A stretch of 32,000 bases of DNA from Candidatus Johnevansia muelleri. GTDB taxonomy: Bacteria; Pseudomonadota; Gammaproteobacteria; Johnevansiales; Johnevansiaceae. Below are positions 17,947-28,218 of the stretch, piece by piece (position 1 is the first letter of the stretch; the number at the start of each line of letters is the position of its first letter). The translations under genes and the position numbers were made by a program. The notes beneath the pieces were generated by a model. It ran no database searches and was not told the origin of the DNA. It worked only from the letters and a program-made list of their open reading frames with translations. Location: the NCBI GenBank assembly GCA_000953435.1, contig LM655252.1, forward strand, positions 180,001 through 212,000, read 5' to 3'.

Positions 17947-19425
17947 ATGAATGAATTTTATGAACAAAATATTGTACTAATAGGTGCAGGTATAATGAGT
18001 GCTACTCTTGCAATTCTATTAAAATTATTTGATCCTACCTTAAAAATTGAAATAATTGAAAGTCTTGATTTTGCTGCAGCAGAGAGTTCTAATGCATTAA
18101 ATAATGCTGGTACAGGACATGCTGCTCTATGCGAATTAAATTATACCCCCCAATGCAAAAATGGTTCAATTAATATTGAAAAAGCTATTAACATTAATAC
18201 TATGTTTGAAGTATCTAAACAATTCTGGTCTTATCTTATTCAAGATGGAAAACTTAATTGTAAATTTATTAATAAAATTCAACACATTAGTTTTTGTAAT
18301 GGTATTGCAGATACAAATTATCTTGAACATAGATATATATCATTAAAAAACCATCATTGTTTTTCAGATATTGAATTTACACGTAATAAAAAAACTATTA
18401 CAGATTGGGCTCCTCTGATAATGGATGGACGTAATATAAATGAATTAGTTGCAGCTACTAGATTTCAACAAGGTACTGACATAGATTATGGAGAACTAAC
18501 ACAACAGTTATTAAAAACTTTTAAACAATATAGTAATTCTAATATTTTCTATAATCAAAATGTAATTGAAATAAAAAAAGAAATTAATGGTTATTGGCGT
18601 TTAATTGTGGAATGTAAAAAATTTGAGTATAATCGTAATATTATAGCAAGTTTGGTTTTTATAGGCGCTGGAGGAGGATCTTTACCATTACTACAAAAAA
18701 GTGGTATTCCAGAAGGAAAATTATTTGCTGGTTTTCCTATAAGTGGTCAATGGCTTAAATGTGATGATAAAGAATTAGTAAAAAGACATAAAGCTAAAGT
18801 TTACAGTAAAGCGAGTGTTAATGCCCCACCTATGTCTATGCCCCATTTAGATACTAGAATTGTTAATGGTAAATCATCACTTATTTTTGGTCCTTTTGCT
18901 GGTTTTAGTACTAAATTTTTAAAAAATGGATCATTATTAGATTTACCAAGATCATTACGTTTTAGTACAATTTTACCTATATTATATGTAGCAATAAATA
19001 ATATTGATTTAATAAAATATCTAATAAAACAATTAATTCAGACTAATAATCAAAGAATTAAAGTACTTAGAAAATTTTATCCTAATGCAATCAAAGAAGA
19101 TTGGCGGCTAGAAGTAGCTGGTCAACGTGTACAAATTATAAAAAAAGATTATAATCAAGGAGGAATTCTTTTATTTGGGACAGAATTAGTACTAGCCAAA
19201 GATAGATCACTTGCTGCTTTATTAGGGGCATCTCCTGGAGCATCAATATCAGTATCTATAATGTTGCAATTAATAGAACATTGTTTTAAAGAAAAATTTA
19301 ATACTTTTGAATGGAAAAATAGACTTAAAGAAATTATTCCTTTTAATGCATATAACTTGGCAAATAATAAAAATTCTATGAAAATAATAAGAAAAAAAAA
19401 TAACGAAATACTTAATATTTTATAA
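17947..19425 (+). CDS. mqo: Malate:quinone oxidoreductase
   Basis: 492 aa. It has an N-terminal FAD-binding GxGxxS (LIGAGIMSATLA), NAGTGHAALCELNYTP and GASPGAS near the C-terminus, all typical of Mqo. An AAAGGAA Shine-Dalgarno sequence lies upstream. Confidence 0.9.
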   Translation: MNEFYEQNIVLIGAGIMSATLAILLKLFDPTLKIEIIESLDFAAAESSNALNNAGTGHAALCELNYTPQCKNGSINIEKAININTMFEVSKQFWSYLIQDGKLNCKFINKIQHISFCNGIADTNYLEHRYISLKNHHCFSDIEFTRNKKTITDWAPLIMDGRNINELVAATRFQQGTDIDYGELTQQLLKTFKQYSNSNIFYNQNVIEIKKEINGYWRLIVECKKFEYNRNIIASLVFIGAGGGSLPLLQKSGIPEGKLFAGFPISGQWLKCDDKELVKRHKAKVYSKASVNAPPMSMPHLDTRIVNGKSSLIFGPFAGFSTKFLKNGSLLDLPRSLRFSTILPILYVAINNIDLIKYLIKQLIQTNNQRIKVLRKFYPNAIKEDWRLEVAGQRVQIIKKDYNQGGILLFGTELVLAKDRSLAALLGASPGASISVSIMLQLIEHCFKEKFNTFEWKNRLKEIIPFNAYNLANNKNSMKIIRKKNNEILNIL

Positions 19426-20110
19426 AGATTCGACTGTCAAATACAAAACATTCTCCATACCATTTACTTTTTAATTTAGGAATTAATCTAAGATATTCAA
19501 TTATACCACCTTTAAGTTGATATACTTTTTTAAAACCAATATTAAGCATATAGCTATACGCTTTTTCACAACGTATTCCACCAGTGCAAAAAATAGCAAT
19601 TTTTTTCTTTTTGAAATTTTGTACATATTTAGTAAAATCACTAAATTTTTTAATTTTAAGGTTTATTGCACCTTTAAACGAGCCTAATGCAATTTCATAG
19701 ATATTTCTAATATCTAATAATAATATATTTTGCTTTTTAATTAAATCATTCCAATTTTCAGGATTTACATAGTTACCGTATTGCTTATTAGGATTAATAT
19801 TTTGTACTCCTAATGTTACAATTTCTTTTTTTAGTTTAACTTGATTTTTAGAAAAAGGATGTTTATTATAAAAAGATATGTTATAATTTATATTTATTAA
19901 CCTAGCATCTATTCTTAACCATGCTATTATTGAATATATATTTATATTATTTCCTGATATTGTTCCGTTTATTCCTTCTTTAGATAATATAATTGTCCCC
20001 TTAAGTTTATAAAAAACCAACTTTTTAAATAAGTGTTCTTTTAATTCAACATAGTTGTCTAATATAACAAATTTATATAGCGATACAATTAATATAATTG
20101 ATTTATACAT
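19412..20110 (-). CDS. trhO: Rhodanese-domain protein of the YceA/TrhO (UPF0176) family, putative tRNA U34 hydroxylase; short form
   Basis: 232 aa. It has an N-terminal YceA-like region (GTIILSKEGINGTISG) and a rhodanese active-site loop (CTGGIRCEKA). Its C-terminus is shorter than E. coli YceA. Confidence 0.75.
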   Translation of the reverse strand: MYKSIILIVSLYKFVILDNYVELKEHLFKKLVFYKLKGTIILSKEGINGTISGNNINIYSIIAWLRIDARLININYNISFYNKHPFSKNQVKLKKEIVTLGVQNINPNKQYGNYVNPENWNDLIKKQNILLLDIRNIYEIALGSFKGAINLKIKKFSDFTKYVQNFKKKKIAIFCTGGIRCEKAYSYMLNIGFKKVYQLKGGIIEYLRLIPKLKSKWYGECFVFDSRIFIKY

Positions 20111-20145
20111 AAATTATTTCAATATAAATTTAATTAAAAATTATA

Positions 20146-20219
20146 CACGCCCGAGAGGATTTGAACCCCCGACCACTTGATTCGTAATCAAGTACTCTAT
20201 TCCGCTGAGCTACGGACGC
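20146..20219 (-). tRNA. tRNA-Arg (anticodon ACG)
   Basis: The reverse strand reads GCGTCCG-TA-GCTC-AGCGGAATA-GAGT-A-CTTGA-TTACGAA-TCAAG-TGGTC-GGGGG-TTCAAAT-CCTCT-CGGGCGT-G. It is near-collinear with E. coli argV. The acceptor stem has two G-U pairs. Confidence 0.9.
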
Positions 20220-20229
20220 TCGTATATAT

Positions 20230-20315
20230 CGGAGAGAGAGGGATTTGAACCCTCGATAGAGTAAAACTATACTCCCTTAGCAGGGGAGCGCCTTAAACCA
20301 CTCGGCCACCTCTCC
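20230..20315 (-). tRNA. tRNA-Ser (anticodon GCU), class II
   Basis: The reverse strand reads GGAGAGG-TG-GCCGAGTGGTTTAAGGC-GCTCCCCTGCTAAGGGAG-long variable arm-GAGGGTTCAAATCCCTC-TCTCTCC-G. It closely resembles E. coli serV. It lies 10 nt upstream of tRNA-Arg on the same strand. Confidence 0.9.
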
Positions 20316-20361
20316 TATATCTATATATATAATATATTTTATATAAAATTGTCTATTAATT

Positions 20362-21627
20362 TTAATTATTTATATTATTTTGTTGTATTATTTGTTTTAT
20401 ATTTAGTCCAAAAGCAGTATGAAGAGAACATATTGCTTTTTCTAAGTATTTATCATCAATAAGTATAGAAATTTTTATTTCTGATGTTGAAATCATACGT
20501 ATATTAATTCCTTCATTTCCTAATATATTAAACATATGACTAGCAACACCAGACTGTGATTTCATACCTACACCTACTAAAGAAATTTTAGTTATTTTTT
20601 CGTCAATGTTAAGTAGGCCACCTATATTGTTAACTACTTTTTTTTTTAAAATTTTATAACTTTTTATAAAATCATTTTTTTCAATAGTAAAAGTAAAATC
20701 TGTTATATTATTAATATTAGATATATTTTGAATAATCATGTCAATATTAATATTAGCATTAGAAATTGGTTTTATAATTTTATAAGCCATCCCTGGAATA
20801 TCTTGTATATTACATACAGTTATTTTAGATTCATTAATATTAAATGCGATACCAGAAATCATAGGATTCTCCATATATAAGTTTGATAAAAATAAGTAAT
20901 CTGGAATAATTAATGTACCATAATTTTTATTAAATGATGAAAGTACACGTAATTTTACATTATATTTACCAGCATATTCAATCGAACGAATTTGTAAAAC
21001 TTTTGATCCTAGACTTGAAAGTTCTAACATTTCTTCGACAGTAAGAAATAATATATATTTTGCCTTAGTACATACACGGGGATCTGTGGTATAAATCCCC
21101 TCTACATCAGTATAAATTTGACATTCTTTAGCTTGTAGGGCTGCAGAAAGTGCTACTGCTGTAGTATCAGATCCACCACGTCCTAGAGTTGTTATATTTC
21201 CTAATATATTTATACCTTGAAATCCTGCAACTACTATTACTTTATTTTCATTTAGATCATTATGTAACATATTAAGATTAATATTATTAATACGTGCACA
21301 AGTATAATTATTACTTGTAAGAATTCCTAGTTGTGGACCTGTATAAGAAATAGCTTCTATATCTAATGTATTTAGTGCAATTGTAATTAATGAAATAGTT
21401 ATTTGTTCGCCAGTAGATACTAACATATCAATTTCTCTAGGTGTTGGTTTTTTATTTAATTTTTTAGAAAACCTAATTAACCTATTAGTATCTCCACTCA
21501 TAGCAGAAATGACTAATACTATTTTATGTCCATTTTTTAAAAAGTTACTTATATTATTAACAATAGTTTTTATTTTTTTTAACGTACTTACAGATGTCCC
21601 TCCAAACTTTTGGATATAAAGGGACAT
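20362..21627 (-). CDS. lysC: Aspartate kinase
   Basis: 421 aa. It contains IQKFGGTSV, GRGGSDTTA, and C-terminal ACT-domain repeats ending ...SEIKISILID. Confidence 0.9.
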   Translation of the reverse strand: MSLYIQKFGGTSVSTLKKIKTIVNNISNFLKNGHKIVLVISAMSGDTNRLIRFSKKLNKKPTPREIDMLVSTGEQITISLITIALNTLDIEAISYTGPQLGILTSNNYTCARINNINLNMLHNDLNENKVIVVAGFQGINILGNITTLGRGGSDTTAVALSAALQAKECQIYTDVEGIYTTDPRVCTKAKYILFLTVEEMLELSSLGSKVLQIRSIEYAGKYNVKLRVLSSFNKNYGTLIIPDYLFLSNLYMENPMISGIAFNINESKITVCNIQDIPGMAYKIIKPISNANINIDMIIQNISNINNITDFTFTIEKNDFIKSYKILKKKVVNNIGGLLNIDEKITKISLVGVGMKSQSGVASHMFNILGNEGINIRMISTSEIKISILIDDKYLEKAICSLHTAFGLNIKQIIQQNNINN

Positions 21628-21670
21628 TAATTATTATTGGTGTTTCATCTAATTAAATTATATATTTTTT

Positions 21671-24319
21671 TTAATATAATGTTTTATTCATATTTTTTAT
21701 TCTAATATTTAATTTTAACCATAAATTAATATTATATAATATTAATTTAAGTTGATACGATTTTAAATATAAAAGTTGTGCAATATAAAAATTACCACCT
21801 CCTTTTATTTCTACTCCTAATTTTTTTATTATAAAATTTACAATTTCATTAGCCTTAATTATATTTATTAAGTTTTTAGTAACACCTATTATTATTTTAA
21901 AAATATAATCAAAATTAATTAAAATAACTAACCCTGAAAAAATTTTTTTTTTAAATTTATTTAATATACATATTAATTCTGTATTTGAACAATTATATAT
22001 TTTTTTTAATAAAATTTTTATTTCATTAATATAACATAATTCATTTTTATTTAATTTACTATTATAATTAAATTTTAATTTAATTATTTTTTTTTCTAAT
22101 AATTGATTAATTTTAAATATTTTTATAAATTGATTTTCAATTTTATTTATAGAAACTTTAAATTGTAAAGATAAATTTTTTAATATTAATTTTATTTTAC
22201 GTAATTTATTAATAGCTAATTCTCCCGTAACTGCTTCTATACGACGTATACCAAATGCTACACTACTTTCAGAAATAATATTAAATACACCTATATTACC
22301 TGTACGCGATACATGTGTACCTCCGCATAACTCAATAGAAAAATCATTATTTCCCATGATTACAACACGTACTATTTTATTATATTTATTTTCAAATAGT
22401 GCTCTGCTACCTATTATATTTTTAGCTTCATTAATTTTAATTAATCGCGTATTTACAATTGTATTAGTTATAATTTCTTTATTAACTATATTTTCAATTT
22501 CTTTAATTTGTTCTGTATTTATTGCATTAAAATGATTTATATCAAATCGCAAATAATCTGAAGTTATTAATGAACCTTTTTGTTGTACATGTTCACCAAT
22601 AACCTGACGTAATGCTTCATGTAATAAATGCGTAGCAGAATGATTTTTCATTATAGCTATACGAAATGATTTATTAACAATAGCTTCTATTTTTTCATTT
22701 AATTTAAATTTTCCTTTAACCATTAGACCATAATGTAAATAATTAATATTATTATTTTGTGTATATATTACTTTAAAATATCCTTTATCATTTATTATAT
22801 AACCTATATCACTGATTTGACCACCAGATTCTGCATAAAATGGAGTTTTATCTAATATAATATTTACATATTCACCCATTTTTATATATTTAATTAATTT
22901 ATTATAATTATTCAATATAGCAATAATTTTTCCTGAATTTTTTATATTATCGTAACCTGTAAATATAGTTTTTTCTTTAATATTTAATTTATTTACAAAA
23001 TCATTATTATAAAATTTATTTGATGATCTAATACGTTTACGTTGATCATTCAATTCACGTTCAAAGCCAATTTTATCTAATTTTAAATTATATTCTATAG
23101 CTATATCATATATTAAATCATAAGGTAAACCATAAGTATCATGAAATTTAAATATTGTTTTTCCTTTAATAACATTGTTTTCTTTTAAAGAATTAATTAA
23201 TTTCTTAAATATATTTATGCTATTATATAACGTATTTATAAATTGTTTTTCTTCTTTAAGTAAAATAATTTCAATTATATTAATTGATTTACGTAATTCA
23301 GGATATATATATCCCATATCTAAATCTAGTACTTTCACTAACTTATAAAAAAAAAAATTACTAATACCTAATTTTTTACCATGAAGCACTGCTCTACGAA
23401 TAATTCTACGTAATACATAACCACGACCTTTATTACTAGGTCTAATACCATCACTTATTAAAAAAGAAGAAGAACGAATATGATCTGAAATAACACGTAA
23501 TGAATGATAATTAATCTTTAGATTACCTAATAAATTAATAGTTGCTTTAATAATATTTTGAAATAAATCAATTTCATAATTTGAATATCCTAATCCTAAT
23601 TTTATATTTAGCATAACTGCAGAAATACGTTCTAGTCCCATTCCTGTATCAATAGAATGTATAGGTAAATTTTTTAAATTACCATTAACATCTTTTTCAA
23701 ACTGCATGAATACAATATTCCAAATTTCAATATAACGATTACCTTCTGCATTTTTAGTTCCAGGAGGGCTACCAAAAACATTATTACCATAATCATAGAA
23801 AATTTCAGTACTAGGTCCACAAGGACCAGTTTTTCCCATTTGCCAAAAATTATCTTTATTAAGACGTATTAATTTATTAATTGGTATACCAATTTTATAC
23901 ACCCATATAGCTAAGGATTCATAATCATTATTATGTACTGTTACCCATAATTTTTCTTTAGGAATTTTTAATTCTTCAATTAAAAATTTCCAAGCTAATA
24001 TAATTGCATTATATTTAAAATAATCACCAAAACTAAAATTTCCAAGCATTTCAAAAAATGTATGGTGACGGCCTGTATAACCTACATTATTTAGATCATT
24101 ATGTTTTCCTCCTGCCCGAACACACCTTTGTACAGAAGTAGCACGACTATAATATCTATAATTTTTTCCTAAAAAAATATTTTTAAAAGGTACCATTCCA
24201 GAATTAGTAAATAAAATTGTGGGATCATTATCAGGTATTAGTGAACTAGAATTAACTTTTGTGTGTCCGTGACGTTCAAAAAAATTCAAAAAGGCTTTAC
24301 GTATATATTCACTTTTCAT
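21671..24319 (-). CDS. alaS: Alanyl-tRNA synthetase
   Basis: 882 aa. It has the N-terminal IRKAFLNFFERHGH, FTNSGMVPFK, a class II core, the editing-domain HSATHLLH and CGGTHV motifs, and a very low-complexity I/K/N-rich C-terminal region. Confidence 0.95.
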   Translation of the reverse strand: MKSEYIRKAFLNFFERHGHTKVNSSSLIPDNDPTILFTNSGMVPFKNIFLGKNYRYYSRATSVQRCVRAGGKHNDLNNVGYTGRHHTFFEMLGNFSFGDYFKYNAIILAWKFLIEELKIPKEKLWVTVHNNDYESLAIWVYKIGIPINKLIRLNKDNFWQMGKTGPCGPSTEIFYDYGNNVFGSPPGTKNAEGNRYIEIWNIVFMQFEKDVNGNLKNLPIHSIDTGMGLERISAVMLNIKLGLGYSNYEIDLFQNIIKATINLLGNLKINYHSLRVISDHIRSSSFLISDGIRPSNKGRGYVLRRIIRRAVLHGKKLGISNFFFYKLVKVLDLDMGYIYPELRKSINIIEIILLKEEKQFINTLYNSINIFKKLINSLKENNVIKGKTIFKFHDTYGLPYDLIYDIAIEYNLKLDKIGFERELNDQRKRIRSSNKFYNNDFVNKLNIKEKTIFTGYDNIKNSGKIIAILNNYNKLIKYIKMGEYVNIILDKTPFYAESGGQISDIGYIINDKGYFKVIYTQNNNINYLHYGLMVKGKFKLNEKIEAIVNKSFRIAIMKNHSATHLLHEALRQVIGEHVQQKGSLITSDYLRFDINHFNAINTEQIKEIENIVNKEIITNTIVNTRLIKINEAKNIIGSRALFENKYNKIVRVVIMGNNDFSIELCGGTHVSRTGNIGVFNIISESSVAFGIRRIEAVTGELAINKLRKIKLILKNLSLQFKVSINKIENQFIKIFKINQLLEKKIIKLKFNYNSKLNKNELCYINEIKILLKKIYNCSNTELICILNKFKKKIFSGLVILINFDYIFKIIIGVTKNLINIIKANEIVNFIIKKLGVEIKGGGNFYIAQLLYLKSYQLKLILYNINLWLKLNIRIKNMNKTLY

Positions 24320-24345
24320 AATTTTTACTGTATTTATTATATATT

Positions 24346-25341
24346 TTATAAATTTAATAATTTAGACCGTATTTTTTTCTCTATATCATTCATAATATCA
24401 ATATTTTCTTCTAAAAATTGTGCTAAATTAACTTTACCTTGACATATTTTTTTATTATTGTAAATATACCAATTACCAGATTTATCAATTAATCCACATT
24501 GAACACCTATATTAATAATCTCTTCAACACGATAAATACCCTTTCCATATAAAATTTTAAATTCAGTTTGTCTAAAAGGAGGTGCTATTTTATTTTTTAC
24601 AACTTTAACACGTGTATCATTACCAATTATTTCTTCACCTTGTTTTATTGTGCCTATACGACGAATATCAAGACGAACACTAGAATAAAACTTTAATGCA
24701 TTACCTCCAGTGGTTGTTTCTGGATTTCCAAATATTATGCCAATTTTCATACGAATTTGATTAACAAATATCACTAAACAATTTGCTTGTTTTATATGTC
24801 CTGTTACCTTACGTAATGCTTTAGACATAAGTCTAGCTTGTAAACCAATATGAGTATCTCCCATTTCTCCTTCTATTTCAACACGTGGTGTTAGTGCTGC
24901 AACTGAATCAATAACTATTATGTCTACACTACCTGACCTAACAAGCATATCACAGATTTCTAATCCTTGTTCACCAGTATCTGGCTGAGATACTAATAAT
25001 TTGTTACGTTTAATACCTAGTTTTTCAACATAATTTAAATCCAAAGCGTGTTCAGCATCAATAAAAGCGCATGTTTTTCCTTGTTTTTGTGCTTGTGCAA
25101 TTACAGAAAGCGTAATTGTTGTTTTTCCAGAAGATTCAGGTCCAAAAATTTCAACAATTCTACCATATGGTAGCCCACCAATACCTAATATTATATCTAA
25201 CCCTAATGAACCAGTAGATACTACAGGCATTGTAATTATAGGTGGGCCATCCATACGCATAATAGCCCCTTTTCCAAATTGACGTTCAATTTGAGATAAT
25301 ACTTCAGATAATGCTTGTTTTCTAAATTCTTCTTGATTCAT
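24346..25341 (-). CDS. recA: Recombinase RecA
   Basis: 331 aa. It has the Walker [18 protein letters not shown] and [14 protein letters not shown], and is near-collinear with proteobacterial RecA. Confidence 0.97.
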   Translation of the reverse strand: MNQEEFRKQALSEVLSQIERQFGKGAIMRMDGPPIITMPVVSTGSLGLDIILGIGGLPYGRIVEIFGPESSGKTTITLSVIAQAQKQGKTCAFIDAEHALDLNYVEKLGIKRNKLLVSQPDTGEQGLEICDMLVRSGSVDIIVIDSVAALTPRVEIEGEMGDTHIGLQARLMSKALRKVTGHIKQANCLVIFVNQIRMKIGIIFGNPETTTGGNALKFYSSVRLDIRRIGTIKQGEEIIGNDTRVKVVKNKIAPPFRQTEFKILYGKGIYRVEEIINIGVQCGLIDKSGNWYIYNNKKICQGKVNLAQFLEENIDIMNDIEKKIRSKLLNL

Positions 25342-25435
25342 ATAAAATAAAAAAATTATTAATAAATATTTTTTAGAATTTTATTGTAATAGTAACTTTA
25401 ATTATAAAGTTTTATTAATAAATAAGTTAATAATT

Positions 25436-27877
25436 ATGAATATAAAAACTGCTACTCCTATTATAGAACAATATCTTCAAATAAAAAAAAACCATATGGA
25501 TGTTATTCTTTTTTTTCGTATGGGTGATTTTTATGAACTATTTTTCGAAGATGCAAAATGTGTATCAGTATTACTTGATATAACTCTTACTAGTCGTGGA
25601 AAATTAGGTGGTATTCCAATACCAATGGCAGGAATTCCTTATCATAGTTTAGATGTTTATATTTCTAAATTAGTACGATCAGGAAAATCTGTAGCAATTT
25701 GTGAGCAAATTGGAGAACCTACTGAATCAAAAAAAATTATGGATAGGCAAGTTGTAAGAATTATAACCCCAGGTACTCTTCATGAAGAGTCACTTCTTAA
25801 TGCTCGTTATGAAAATATATTAATATCTATTTATTGTGATAATATATTTTATAAAAATATTAACTGTAAAAAAATTAATATAGGTTTATCTTGGTTAGAA
25901 ATATCAAGTGGCAGATTCGGAGCATTAGAATTAGAAAAAGTAGATGATCTGCTGTCAGAGATTAGTAGAATTTCTCCATCAGAAATTTTAATATCTGAAT
26001 CATTAACACAATTTTCAAATTTATTTCCTGATATAGAAAATCATAATGGATTACGACGTATAAGTAATTATAATTTTAATTTTGATAATGCAAAAGATAT
26101 TATTTGTAAACAACTTAAAGTTATAAATTTAAATGGATTTGGAGTAGAAAATATGCATAATGGAATTTGTGCTGCCGGGGCATTATTAAATTATGTATTT
26201 GATAAACAACGTACTGCTTTACCTCATATAATGGATTTTTGTGTAGAAAATAGAGATGACATAATCATTATTGATTCAGCCAGTAGAAAAAATCTTGAAA
26301 TAAATTATAATTTACAAGGTGGCACTACTAATACACTTTTTACTATAATGGATACAACTATGACGGCAATGGGAAGTAGATTATTACGTAGATGGTTAAA
26401 TAGTCCATTAAGAAATATTAATATAATTGAAACTAGACAAAATGCTATATCATTAATATTAAAATATAATATTATTGATAAATTACGAAATAGCCTTAAA
26501 AAAATTGGTGATATTGAGAGAATTATTTCAAGGATTGCTCTTAAAAGTGCTAGTCCTCGTGATATTGCGCGGTTACGTGATGCTTTGATTGCATTACCTG
26601 AAATTTTTAATATACTATCTAATTTAGAAAAAGGATCTTTTTTAGATGACTTATGTAAATATATTGTACCATATCCATATTTAGAACAATTGTTATGTAA
26701 CTCAATTGTAAAAAATCCCCCAACAGGAATTCGTGAAGGTGGAGTAATAAAAAAAGGTTACGATCAAGAATTAGACGACATTAATAATTTACATAATCAA
26801 TCTGCTAATTATATATTGAATATAGAAAATAAAGAAAAAGCACGCACTGGTTTTTCTAAATTAAAAGTTAGTTATAATCGTGTTAATGGTTATTTTATTG
26901 AAATTCCTAAAGAAAAAACAAAATATGTTCCTGATAATTATATTCGTAAACAAACACTTAAAAATTCAGAAAGATTTATAATTACAGAATTAAAAATATT
27001 TGAAGAAAAAATATTATCTTCTAAATATCGTGCCTTAACACGTGAAAAATTTTTATATGAAAAAATAATAGATATAATAAATTTTAAATTAAATAATTTA
27101 TATAAAAGTGCTAAAGCATTATCTAATTTAGATGTGTTAACTACATTTGCTGAAAGAGCATTAACATTAAATTTAATTAGACCAAAATTAAATGTTAATA
27201 TTAATTTTGGTATTAAAATTTTAGAAGGACGTCATATTATTGTAGAAAATATTTGTAAAAATACTTTTATATCTAATGATTTATTATTTGATGAAAAGAA
27301 TAATATGAAAATTATTACTGGTCCTAATATGGGAGGTAAATCAACTTATATGCGTCAAAATGCATTAATTGTTTTGCTATCTTATACAGGAAGTTTTGTA
27401 CCTGCCAAATATGTTGAAATCGGATCTATTGATAAAATATTTACACGTATAGGGTCATCAGATGATATTGCAAGTGGTAGATCAACATTTATGATTGAAA
27501 TGAACGAAACAGCAAATATTTTACATAATGCTACATCACAAAGCTTGGTATTAATAGATGAAATTGGTAGAGGTACAAGTACTTTTGATGGGTTAGCATT
27601 AGCTTGGGCTAGTGCAGAAGATTTAGCAAACCGCGGTACTTTTACATTATTTGCAACACATTATTTTGAGATAACAGAATTAGAAAATAAAATATATGGA
27701 GTTTCTAATATACATATGAGCTCTTTACAACATGAAAATGAAATAATATTTATGTATAAAATAAAAAAAGGTCCTATTAATCATAGTTATGGCATTCATG
27801 TAGCTAAGTTAGCCGGAATACCTATAAATGTAATATTACGTGCTAGAGAAATATTAGTAAAATTAGAAAATAAATAA
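25436..27877 (+). CDS. mutS: DNA mismatch repair protein MutS
   Basis: 813 aa. It contains TPIIEQYLQIKKNH..ILFFRMGDFYELFFEDA (the mismatch-binding Phe-x-Glu), the Walker A GPNMGGKST, and the DEIGRGTSTFDG and HYFE motifs. Confidence 0.95.
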   Translation: MNIKTATPIIEQYLQIKKNHMDVILFFRMGDFYELFFEDAKCVSVLLDITLTSRGKLGGIPIPMAGIPYHSLDVYISKLVRSGKSVAICEQIGEPTESKKIMDRQVVRIITPGTLHEESLLNARYENILISIYCDNIFYKNINCKKINIGLSWLEISSGRFGALELEKVDDLLSEISRISPSEILISESLTQFSNLFPDIENHNGLRRISNYNFNFDNAKDIICKQLKVINLNGFGVENMHNGICAAGALLNYVFDKQRTALPHIMDFCVENRDDIIIIDSASRKNLEINYNLQGGTTNTLFTIMDTTMTAMGSRLLRRWLNSPLRNINIIETRQNAISLILKYNIIDKLRNSLKKIGDIERIISRIALKSASPRDIARLRDALIALPEIFNILSNLEKGSFLDDLCKYIVPYPYLEQLLCNSIVKNPPTGIREGGVIKKGYDQELDDINNLHNQSANYILNIENKEKARTGFSKLKVSYNRVNGYFIEIPKEKTKYVPDNYIRKQTLKNSERFIITELKIFEEKILSSKYRALTREKFLYEKIIDIINFKLNNLYKSAKALSNLDVLTTFAERALTLNLIRPKLNVNINFGIKILEGRHIIVENICKNTFISNDLLFDEKNNMKIITGPNMGGKSTYMRQNALIVLLSYTGSFVPAKYVEIGSIDKIFTRIGSSDDIASGRSTFMIEMNETANILHNATSQSLVLIDEIGRGTSTFDGLALAWASAEDLANRGTFTLFATHYFEITELENKIYGVSNIHMSSLQHENEIIFMYKIKKGPINHSYGIHVAKLAGIPINVILRAREILVKLENK

Positions 27878-27894
27878 AATTTTAGGATATAAGT

Positions 27895-28218
27895 ATGGCC
27901 TTTGTAGTTACTGAAAATTGTATACTTTGTAAATATACTACTTGTGTAGAAGTATGTCCTGTTGATTGTTTTTATGAAGGTCCTAATTTTTTAGTTATTA
28001 ATCCTGATGAATGTATTGATTGTGCACTTTGTGAGCCTGAATGTCCTGCTAAAGCTATTTATTCAGAAAATGAAATACCACAAAATCAAAAAAAATTTAT
28101 TGAATTAAATTCAGAACTTTCATACATATGGCCAAATATTAATAAAAAAAAAGATCAGTTAAAATATGCAGAAAAATGGGACGGAATTTTAGGAAAAATA
28201 AAATTTCTTGAAAAATAA
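27895..28218 (+). CDS. fdxA: 7Fe (Azotobacter/Pseudomonas-type) ferredoxin
   Basis: 107 aa. [54 protein letters not shown] is almost collinear with FdxA. An AGGA Shine-Dalgarno sequence lies 6 nt upstream. The mutS-fdxA adjacency is known from Azotobacter and Pseudomonas. Confidence 0.9.
   Translation: MAFVVTENCILCKYTTCVEVCPVDCFYEGPNFLVINPDECIDCALCEPECPAKAIYSENEIPQNQKKFIELNSELSYIWPNINKKKDQLKYAEKWDGILGKIKFLEK

Noticed and set aside
18161-18346. 61-aa plus-strand ORF
   Set aside because: It is an alternative frame inside mqo with no independent support.
25342-25435. Looked for a LexA/SOS box (CTGT-N8-ACAG) in the recA-mutS divergent spacer
   Set aside because: No such motif is present and the spacer is almost pure A/T. 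I cannot call any regulatory site there.
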